A DNA stretch of 27,682 nt from an uncultured Chloroflexia bacterium (lineage in GTDB: Bacteria > Chloroflexota > Dehalococcoidia > DSTF01 > JALHUB01). The position numbers were made by a program, and so were the translations under genes. Shown here piece by piece: positions 17,116-27,682 of this stretch (position 1 is its first letter; each line of letters starts with the position of its first letter). The stretch is taken from assembly GCA_963726245.1 (NCBI GenBank), contig CAVSBT010000036.1, forward strand, positions 1 through 27,682. The letters are read 5' to 3'. A model generated the notes under the pieces. That model searched no databases. It was not told the DNA's origin and worked only from the letters and a program-made list of their open reading frames with translations.

Positions 17116-18633
17116 GTGGAGATCCGGGTCGAAAGCGGCGACATCGTCGCCTATCCTTCCAAGGCCATAGTCGTCAACCTCTTCCAGGGAGTGAAAGAGC
17201 CGGGGGGCGCCACCGGCGCCGTCGACCGCGCCCTGGACGGCGCCATCTCCCGCCTCATCGAGGACGGCGAGGTGCTGGGCAAGTACGGAGAGCTCACCCT
17301 GATCCACACCCTGGGACGGCTGGCCTCGCCGCGTGTGCTGGTGGTGGGCCTGGGCAAGGCCGAAGAGTTCACCCTCGACCGCGTGCGCGACCTGGCCGCC
17401 AGCAGCGCCCGCTTCCTGCGTCGCTCGCGCGTCGACTCCTTCGCCACGATCACCCATGGGGCGGGCATCGCCGGACTGGAGGCCGAGGCCTGCGCTCAGG
17501 CGATCGGCGAGGGGATCATCATGGGCCTCTACACCTTCCAGCGCCACAAGAAGCCCGAGGAGGACCGGCGCGAGGTGCAGGAGGCGGTGCTGGTGGAGTC
17601 TGACGCCGGCAAGGTGGAGGCTCTGCGCCGCGGCGTCGAGCGGGGCCGCGTGCTGGCCGAGGCGGCCAACTTCGCCCGCGACCTGGCCAACGAGCCCGCT
17701 AACCAGATGACGCCCTCCAACCTGGCGGAGCAGGCCGCCGCTGTGGCGCGAGAGTTCGGGCTGGAGTGCCAGGTCCTGGAGCGAGAGCAGGCGCAGGAGC
17801 TGGGCATGGGTGCCTTCCTGGGCGTCGCCCAGGGGAGCCGCCAGCCCCCCAAGTTCATCGTCCTCCACTACCGCGGCGCCGGCCCCGACGCCACCGCGCT
17901 GGGCCTCGTGGGCAAGGGCATAACCTTCGACAGCGGCGGCATCTCCATCAAGCCGTCGGCGGGCATGGAGGAGATGAAAGGCGACATGTCGGGCGGGGCA
18001 GCGGTCATCGCCACCATGCGGGCCGTCGCGCAGCTCAAGCCGCGCATCAACGTCACCGCCATCGTGCCCGCCACCGAGAACATGCCCGGCGGCAACGCCA
18101 CTAAGCCCGGCGACGTGCTGCGGGCTATGAGCGGCAAGACCATCGAGGTCATCAACACCGATGCCGAGGGGCGCCTGATCCTCGCCGACGGCCTCTCCTA
18201 CGCCCGCCACCTGAACCTTTCGCCCATCATCGACGTCGCTACCCTGACCGGGGCCATCGCCATCGCCCTCGGCAACGTGGCCATGGGCTGCATGTCCAAC
18301 GACCAGGCCCTCTGCGACCGCATCGTCCAGGCGGGCCGCGCCGCCGGCGAGAAGATCTGGCAGCTCCCCCTCTACGACGAATACAAGGAGCAGATCAAGA
18401 GCGAGGTGGCGGACATCAAGAACACCGGCGGCCGCGAGGCGGGCGCCATCACGGCGGCCTTCTTCCTGAAGGAGTTCGTGGAGGACACGCCCTGGGTCCA
18501 CCTGGACATGGCCGGCGTGGACTTCTTCGAGAAGGAGAAGGGCGTGCTGGTGAAGGGGGCCGGCGGCATGCCGGTGCGCACGCTGGTCAACCTGGTCCTG
18601 TCCCTGGCCGGGGAGAAGAGCGCCTCGCCCTGA
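17116..18633 (+). CDS. pepA: Leucyl aminopeptidase (M17)
   Basis: Motifs VGKGITFDSGGISIKP, MKGDMSG, ENMP, NTDAEGRLILAD, ATLTGA and WVHLDMAG. Confidence 0.96.
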   Translation: MEIRVESGDIVAYPSKAIVVNLFQGVKEPGGATGAVDRALDGAISRLIEDGEVLGKYGELTLIHTLGRLASPRVLVVGLGKAEEFTLDRVRDLAASSARFLRRSRVDSFATITHGAGIAGLEAEACAQAIGEGIIMGLYTFQRHKKPEEDRREVQEAVLVESDAGKVEALRRGVERGRVLAEAANFARDLANEPANQMTPSNLAEQAAAVAREFGLECQVLEREQAQELGMGAFLGVAQGSRQPPKFIVLHYRGAGPDATALGLVGKGITFDSGGISIKPSAGMEEMKGDMSGGAAVIATMRAVAQLKPRINVTAIVPATENMPGGNATKPGDVLRAMSGKTIEVINTDAEGRLILADGLSYARHLNLSPIIDVATLTGAIAIALGNVAMGCMSNDQALCDRIVQAGRAAGEKIWQLPLYDEYKEQIKSEVADIKNTGGREAGAITAAFFLKEFVEDTPWVHLDMAGVDFFEKEKGVLVKGAGGMPVRTLVNLVLSLAGEKSASP

Positions 18634-18641
18634 GGCCGTCC

Positions 18642-19832
18642 CTACCCCCGTCCCTCCAGGAGCGGGACGACGCGGTCAAGGATGCGGTCCGCTACCTGGC
18701 GCTTGGAGAGAAGGGGAAGGCGCTCGGCGGCGCCCGAGGGGTCGAGGATCACCACCTGGTTGGTGTCGCTGCCGAAGCCGGAGCCGGGGGCGGTCACGTC
18801 GTTGGCCACGATCAGGTCCAGGCCCTTGCGCTGAAGCTTGTCGCGGGCGTTCGCCTCAAGGGCCTGGCTCTCGGCGGCGAAGCCCACCCGCACGAAGTCG
18901 CCCCGCACCGAGGCCAGGATGTCGGGCGTCTCGCGCAGCTCGATGACCATCGCTTCGCCCTTGCGCTTGATCTTGTGCTTGGCTCGAGACGCTGGCTCGT
19001 AGTCGGCGACCGCGGCCGCCATGATCAGCACGGCCGCCCCCTGACAGGCGGCAGCGACGGCGTCGCGCATCTCGGCGGCGCGGCCGACGGGGACGACGGT
19101 CACGCCGTAGGGCGCCGCCAGGGTGGCCGCCGACACGAGAACCACCTCGGCGCCGCGGTCGCGGGCCGCCTCGGCCAGGGCGTAGCCCATCTTCCCCGAG
19201 GAGTAGTTGCCGATGAAGCGGACGGGGTCCAGCGGCTCCCTGGTGCCGCCGGCGCTCACCACTACCTTGCGCCCCGCCAGGTCTCCCCGCCGCCCGAGGA
19301 CGCAGCGCAGCGCTCCCAGGAGGACCTCGGTGTCCACCAGGCGGCCGGGGCCCAGACGGCCGCTGGCCAGCCTCCCCTCGGCGGGGCCCACGATGGTCAT
19401 GCCCCGCTCCCGCAGCGTCGCCAGGTTAGCCTGGGTAGCGGCGTTCTCGTACATCTGCGAGTCCATGGCCGGCGCCACCAGCACAGGGGCGTTGGTGGCC
19501 AGCACCGTCAGGCTCACCACGTCGTCCGCCAGCCCGTGGGCGAGGCGGGCAATCGTGCTGGCGCTGGCCGGCGCCACCAGCACGGCGTCGGCGCGACGCG
19601 CCAGCTCCACGTGCTCCTCGGCCAGCTCCGAAGCCGGGTCGAACATGTCCACGAAGACCGGCCTGCGGGTCACGCTGCGCATGGTGAGGGGGGTGACGAA
19701 GCGGGCGGCGGCCTGCGTCATCGCCACGTCCACCAGCGCGCCCTCCTGAGTCAGCTTGCTGGCGATGTCGACGGCCTTGTAGGCGGCGATGCTGCCCGTG
19801 ACGCCCAGGACGATGACCTTGTCCGCGAGCAC
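18642..19832 (-). CDS. coaBC: Phosphopantothenoylcysteine decarboxylase/synthetase
   Basis: Motifs GVTGSIAAYKA, APAM, GGTREPLDPVRFIGNYSSGKMG, MAAAVADY, VGFAAES, IVANDV and GFGSDTN. Confidence 0.96.
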   Translation of the reverse strand: MLADKVIVLGVTGSIAAYKAVDIASKLTQEGALVDVAMTQAAARFVTPLTMRSVTRRPVFVDMFDPASELAEEHVELARRADAVLVAPASASTIARLAHGLADDVVSLTVLATNAPVLVAPAMDSQMYENAATQANLATLRERGMTIVGPAEGRLASGRLGPGRLVDTEVLLGALRCVLGRRGDLAGRKVVVSAGGTREPLDPVRFIGNYSSGKMGYALAEAARDRGAEVVLVSAATLAAPYGVTVVPVGRAAEMRDAVAAACQGAAVLIMAAAVADYEPASRAKHKIKRKGEAMVIELRETPDILASVRGDFVRVGFAAESQALEANARDKLQRKGLDLIVANDVTAPGSGFGSDTNQVVILDPSGAAERLPLLSKRQVADRILDRVVPLLEGRG

Positions 19833-19833
19833 G

Positions 19834-20610
19834 TCAGCCCGCCTCCCCTCGGTTCGCCTCGTAGATGATGCGCAGGCCGGAGAGGGTCAGGCTCGTGTCC
19901 ACGCAGTCGAACACGGACGTGCCGGCGGCGATGAGCTTCGCCCAGCCGCCGGTGCCGATGACGCGGGCGCTGCCACCGAGCTCCTTCTGGAAGCGGGCGA
20001 CCATTCCCTCCACCAGGGCGACGTATCCTAACATGATGCCGGACTGAATGGCGTTCACCGTATTCTTGCCTATGGCCGCCTTCGGATGCTCGAGCTCCAC
20101 CCGGTAGAGCTTCGCCGTCCGCTCGTAGAGGGCCTGGGCGGCGATGCCGATGCCGGGAGCGATGGCGCCCCCTAAGTAGTCTCCTTCGGCGGAGACGGCG
20201 TCGAAGACGGTGGCCGTCCCCAGGTCTACAATGATTAGCGGCGGCGGACCGTGAAGCTTGAGGGCCGCCACCACGTCCACCACCCGGTCGGCGCCCAGCT
20301 CGCGCGGTTCGTAGTGGATGCGCACGCCGGTGTGCGTCCCCGGCCCCACGACCAGCGGCTCGGCGTTGAAGTAGCGCCGGCATACCCGGTCGAACACCCG
20401 CACCAGGTCGGGCACGCTGCTGCACATGACCACCGCCCCGATGGCGGAGGTCTCCAGCCCCTCGGCGCGGAGAAGCGTGATGAAGTTGGCGGCGTACTCG
20501 TCGGGCACGCGCTCCACGTCGGTGGCGAAGCGCCAGGTAGCGCGCAGCTCCTGGCCCTCGAACACGCCGAGGTCGATGTTCGTGTTGCCGATGTCTACCG
20601 CGAGCAGCAT
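19834..20610 (-). CDS. coaX: Type III pantothenate kinase
   Basis: Motifs MLLAVDIGNTN, SSVP, LGADRV, VDLGTATVFD, GGAIAPG and TGG. SD GGAGGG precedes the ATG at 20610. Confidence 0.95.
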   Translation of the reverse strand: MLLAVDIGNTNIDLGVFEGQELRATWRFATDVERVPDEYAANFITLLRAEGLETSAIGAVVMCSSVPDLVRVFDRVCRRYFNAEPLVVGPGTHTGVRIHYEPRELGADRVVDVVAALKLHGPPPLIIVDLGTATVFDAVSAEGDYLGGAIAPGIGIAAQALYERTAKLYRVELEHPKAAIGKNTVNAIQSGIMLGYVALVEGMVARFQKELGGSARVIGTGGWAKLIAAGTSVFDCVDTSLTLSGLRIIYEANRGEAG

Positions 20611-20656
20611 GCGCCCTCCGCCTTTCGACCGCTTCTCCCTGACCGGAGCGCAGCCC

Positions 20657-20686
20657 ATTATAGGTGCAGCTAATTCGGCGCTGCAA
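20657..20686 (-). promoter_or_regulatory. Sigma70-type promoter for coaX-coaBC
   Basis: Minus strand TTGCAG - 18 nt - TATAAT. Confidence 0.6.
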
Positions 20687-20788
20687 CCGAGAGGGCCGCC
20701 TAAGGCGTGCCCGCGAGCCGCCGCGGGCGTCTACACGTGCCGTTTGGGAAAGGACCCAAATTTTCCCCCGCCACTCGTCATAAAAGCC

Positions 20789-20819
20789 TTGATCCCCTTT
20801 GCGGGCGCCGTGCTATCCT
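20789..20819 (+). promoter_or_regulatory. Candidate dnaA promoter
   Basis: TTGATC - 19 nt - extended -10 TGcTATCCT, preceded by an AT-richer tract. The spacing is suboptimal. Confidence 0.4.
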
Positions 20820-21057
20820 TCGGCCGACCAGCCGCCGGAAAGACCCCTGTTCTTCGCTGTCGGGGCACACTGATCGGGCCCTGATGAAGGCCTCCTGGGG
20901 CTGCCACCGGCGACTCTCTGGGACAAAACCCTAGAAGTCACTCAAGCCTGGACGGTCGGGCGTTGAGCCGCGACAGCGCTGTCGCTGCCATGGGATCACT
21001 TGCGCCTGTGCCGGCACAGCTCCCGGCCTGAGTGGTGAAGACAGAAGAGGAGCCCCC

Positions 21058-22413
21058 TTGGACGAACCCTCAGCCAGCCGCCTGTGGGAAACCGCCCTGG
21101 GGCGACTCCAGCTTCAAGTCACACGCCCGAACTACGACACCTGGCTCAAGGATACCGTCGGCCTCCGTTTCGACGAGGGCCGCTTCGTCGTCGGTGCCCC
21201 CAGCGACTTCGCCACGGAGTGGCTCAACACGCGCCTGCGGCCCCTTATCGGCAACGTCCTGACGGCGCTGGCCGGAAAGGCCGTCGACGTCGGCTTCGAG
21301 GTGCTGGGGTCGCGGCCGCTCCCGCCGGAAGCCGGTGCTGCCGCCATGCGAGCGTCGGCCGCTGCCGCCAGGCCGTCGTGGCCCCGGCCCCGTATCAACC
21401 CCGCCTTCACCTTCGACTCCTTCGTGGTCGGCGGCTGCAACCGGCTGGCCCACGCCGCAGCGATGGCCGTCGCCAGCGCCCCCGGCCGCGCCTACAACCC
21501 CCTGCTTATCTGCGGCGGCACCGGACTGGGCAAGACCCACCTTCTCCACGCCATCGCTCAGGAGGCGGTTCGCTCCGACCTGCCGGTGGTCTGCGTCTCC
21601 GCCGAACAGTTCACGACCGAGTTCGTTACGGCCGTGCGCGACCACCGCACCGACGAGTTCCGCCACCGCTTTCGCAGCCCGGACATCCTTCTCATCGACG
21701 ACGTGCAGTTTCTACAGGGGAAGGACCAGACACAGATCGAGTTTTACCACACCTTCGATGAGCTTCACGCCTCCGGCCGCCAGATCGCCCTCACCTGCAA
21801 TCGTTGCCCGCAGGACCTCACATCTCTCGACCAAAGACTCCGCTCCCGCCTTCAGGGAGGCCTCATCGCTGACACCAAGCCCCCTAACCTCCACACCCGC
21901 ATGGCTATCATCTACGCGAAAGCCGACGCCCAGGGACTGAGCCTTGGCACCGACGTGCTCGAGTTCCTTGCCAGCCGCCTCCCCGACAGCGTGCGCGAGC
22001 TCGAGGGGGCGCTGACCCGCACCGCCGCCTTCGCGCGTCTTACCCACCGCCCGCTCACCGTCGAGCTGGCCGCCGCTGCCCTCGAGGACGTCACCTCAGA
22101 CCTGCCGCCTCCCCTACCCACGTCCGAGTCAGTGGTCGCCGCCGTCTGCCGCCACTTCAACCTCAGCCGCCAGCTCCTTACCGGCCGCGGCCGCGACCGC
22201 CAGCTCAACTATGCGCGCCAGATCGCCATGTACCTCCTGCGAGAGGAGTCCCGCCGCCCCCTTTCCGAGATCGGCCGCTTCCTGGGCGGCCGGGACCACG
22301 CCACCGTGATCCACGGCTGCTCCAAGATCACCAAGGAGCTCAACCTCCTCCCGGAGACGCGTCAGCACGTCGAGTGCCTGCGGCGCATCCTGCGCAGCCA
22401 GACCGCTGCGTAG
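21058..22413 (+). CDS. dnaA: Chromosomal replication initiator DnaA
   Basis: Motifs FTFDSFVVG..N.LA, YNPL.I.GGTGLGKTHLLHAI, LLIDDVQF, RLRSR, VRELEGAL, RQIAMYL and GGRDH.TV. Confidence 0.97.
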   Translation: MDEPSASRLWETALGRLQLQVTRPNYDTWLKDTVGLRFDEGRFVVGAPSDFATEWLNTRLRPLIGNVLTALAGKAVDVGFEVLGSRPLPPEAGAAAMRASAAAARPSWPRPRINPAFTFDSFVVGGCNRLAHAAAMAVASAPGRAYNPLLICGGTGLGKTHLLHAIAQEAVRSDLPVVCVSAEQFTTEFVTAVRDHRTDEFRHRFRSPDILLIDDVQFLQGKDQTQIEFYHTFDELHASGRQIALTCNRCPQDLTSLDQRLRSRLQGGLIADTKPPNLHTRMAIIYAKADAQGLSLGTDVLEFLASRLPDSVRELEGALTRTAAFARLTHRPLTVELAAAALEDVTSDLPPPLPTSESVVAAVCRHFNLSRQLLTGRGRDRQLNYARQIAMYLLREESRRPLSEIGRFLGGRDHATVIHGCSKITKELNLLPETRQHVECLRRILRSQTAA

Positions 22414-23925
<1,512 letters not shown>

Positions 23926-23929
<4 letters not shown>

Positions 23930-24552
23930 GGCTGGGCGTACTCGGCGGCACCTTCGACCCGCCCCATGTGGGCCATCTCATCCTGGCCGAGGTGGCGCGC
24001 GCGGGCCTCGAACTCGAGAAGGTGCTCTTCGTGCCGGCCGGCAATCCGTGGCGCAAGGCGGACCAAGACGTCACGCCGGCCGAGCACCGACTGGCCATGG
24101 TGCGGCTGATGGTGGCGTCGGACCCCTACTTCGAGGTCTCGACGCTGGAGGTGGAGCGCGACGGCCCATCGTACACGGTGGACACGCTGGAGGCCCTTCG
24201 ACTGCAGTACGGGCCGGGGCTGGAGCTCTACTTCATCCTGGGCGAGGATGCCCTCCACGACCTGCCGAACTGGAAGGAGCCGGCGCGCATCGTATCGCTG
24301 GCCTGGCTGGCGGTGGCGCCCCGTCCGGCGGAGGGCGGACGGACGAGGGCCGATCTCGAGGCTGCCGTGCCCGGCCTCTTGGAGCGCATCGTCACTCTGC
24401 CCATGCCGACCATCGACATCAGCTCGACGGCCCTTCGAGAGCGGGCCGGGTCCGGCCTCAGCCTGCGCTACCTCGTTCCCCTGGGCGTCGAAGAGTACAT
24501 CCTCTGCCACGGCCTGTACGCGAGGAACCGGGAACCAGGAACCGGGAACTAG
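23926..24552 (+). CDS. nadD: Nicotinate-nucleotide adenylyltransferase
   Basis: Motifs [25 protein letters not shown] and ISST.LR. ATGA overlap with the obgE stop. Confidence 0.95.
24524..24550 (+). repeat. Heptamer tandem repeat (GGAACCR) x ~4
   Basis: GGAACCG GGAACCA GGAACCG GGAACT at the nadD 3' end. Confidence 0.8.
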
Positions 24553-24615
24553 CGTCAGAAGGATCGAACTCGACTTAGAGGGTGGGCAACGCGGCGTGCT
24601 TTGTGTCAGACGCGG

Positions 24616-24986
24616 CTACTCGGGGGCGGCCAGCTCCTGCCTGTACATGTAGTACACAAGCCCTTCGGCATGCTTTGCCTCGACGGCGCCCAGGTCGACG
24701 AGTCTCTTGAGCGCGGCTTTGAAGGCCTTGAGCTCCTCTTTCTTCACCGGACCCGACGGCGCTGGGACGGTTGTCTTCTGCCCCTTAGTCGGCTCGGGGC
24801 GCGTACCGAGGCTTGACCTGAAGTTACCTGCACTTCCTCTGTCCGTTGTGGCCGTACCCGCCCGCGCAGTTCCTCTTCATTGTAGGCATTGTCCTTGTCC
24901 GCGGAGAGGAACTTGTGAATCGTCTTCATCCACCTCTTCATCTCGTCGCTCAGGCCGGCGTCGAATTCCGTCCTGGTGATTGGCAT
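24616..24986 (-). CDS. Small winged-helix-like protein (~120 aa), split by one frameshift near 24865
   Basis: MPITRTEFDAG...IHKFLSADKDNAYNEEEL continues in another frame to KKEELKAFKAALKRLVDLGAVEAKHAEGLVYYMYRQELAAPE*. Starts 11 nt after the gyrB stop. Confidence 0.6.
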
Positions 24987-24997
24987 GCGGGGCGCTC

Positions 24998-26535
<1,538 letters not shown>

Positions 26536-27682
26536 TTACACGTCCAGGTTCTCGACCTGCGTGGCGTGCGCCTGGATGAACTCGGCGGCGGCTCTACCTC
26601 GTCGCCCATCAGCTCCTAGAAGACGCGGTCGGCCTCCGCGGCGTCGTCGACGTTGACCTGCAGCAGGGTGCGCTTCTCGGGGTTCATCGTCGTCTCCCAG
26701 AGCTGTTCGGGGTTCATCTCGCCCAGGCCCTTGTAGCGCTGGATGTTGAGCTCGGCCGTCCTTCTGGCCTGCCGAGTCGTCCATCTCCTCGTCGCTGTAG
26801 AAGGTGTTCTTGCCCTGCGCGACGCGGTAGAGCGGCGGCTGGGCGATGTAGAGGTGGCCCGCCGTCGATGAGCTCGGGCATGTGGCGGAAGAAGAAGGTC
26901 AGCAGCAGCGTGCGGATGTGGGCGCCGTCCACGTCGGCGTCGGTCATGATGATGATGCGGTGGTAGCGCAGCTTCGCGATGTCGAAGTCCTCGCCGATGC
27001 CGGTGCCGAGGGCGGTGATGAGGGCGGCGATTTCCTCGTTGGCGAGCATCTTGTCCAGGCGGGCCTTTTCCACGTTCAGGATCTTGCCGCGCAGGGGCAG
27101 GATGGCCTGGAAGCGGCGGTCGCGGCCCTGCTTGGCCGAGCCGCCGGCGGTGTCGCCCTCGACGATGAAGAGCTCGCAGTTGGGGTCGCTGTCCGAGCAG
27201 TCGGCGAGCTTGCCGGGGAGCGGCGCCGTCGAGCAGCGCCCTTGCGGATGCACCAGGTCGCGCGCCTTGCGGGCGGCCTCGCGGGCGCGCGCGGCCGTGA
27301 CGCACTTCTCGATGATGCCGCGGCCCGTCCTCGGGGTGCTCCTCCAGGTAGATGGCCAGCCCGTCGGCCACGGCGCTCTCGACCGGCCCTTCATTTCGCG
27401 GGTTGCCCAGCTTGGTCTTCGTCTGGCCTTCGAACTGGGGCTCGGGCAGCTTCACGCTGACCACGGCGATCAGTCCTTCCGCACGTCCTCGCCCGTCAGG
27501 TTGGCGTCTCTTCCTTCAGGATCTTCTCTTGCGGGCGTAGTCGTTGAGGACGCGGGTCAGGGCGGTGCGGAAGCCGGTGAGGTGGCGTGCCGCCGTCGAG
27601 GGTGTTGATGTTGTTGGCGAAGGTGAAGATGGTCTCGTTGTAGCCGTCGTTGTACTGGATGGCCACCTCGACGACGTTGCCG
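26536..27682 (-). pseudogene. gyrB: Second, divergent gyrB sequence lacking the insert, with many indels and an in-frame stop; runs off the window end (pseudogene or low-quality/chimeric sequence)
   Basis: The same GyrB motifs plus upstream [24 protein letters not shown] are spread over three frames. It has TTC TAG GAG near 26616 where the other copy has TTC TCG GAG. Confidence 0.75.

Noticed and set aside
17008-18501. 497-aa antisense ORF over pepA (similar ORFs lie over hom, thrC, coaBC and gyrB)
   Set aside because: Mirror-frame artefact opposite well-supported conserved genes.
20875-20900. CTGATGA as a hammerhead ribozyme core
   Set aside because: No correctly placed GAAA or three-stem junction could be built.
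26536-27682. Second copy as parE (topoisomerase IV B subunit)
   Set aside because: It is highly similar to the adjacent gyrB, including the NLDV C-terminus. A true ParE would be far more divergent.

Overview
High-GC, core-chromosome window spanning the replication origin, most likely from a Chloroflexota (Dehalococcoidia-like) bacterium. The dnaA-oriC-obgE-nadD / convergent gyrB order and the F420 genes support this. Left to right: ilvD 3' end, GT-C glycosyltransferase, SAM methyltransferase, cofE, npdG, rpsF-ssb-rpsR, a PPIase, hom, a coiled-coil gene, thrC, sppA, a rhomboid protease, tRNA-His, an MgtE-like cytoplasmic protein with an NRAMP-family transporter, a P-loop kinase, two PAP2_3 paralogs, pepA, coaBC, coaX, dnaA, oriC, obgE, nadD, a small winged-helix gene and two tandem gyrB sequences. 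One gyrB is a 5'-truncated copy carrying a ~170-aa insert. The other is a divergent, insert-less, indel-ridden copy at the window end. Single-base frameshifts in several genes, including essential ones, point to long-read consensus errors. No transposase, integrase or CRISPR array was found. The most notable signals are the gyrB tandem, a hairpin doublet with conserved complementary loops, several structured leaders and a long N-terminal extension on S18.
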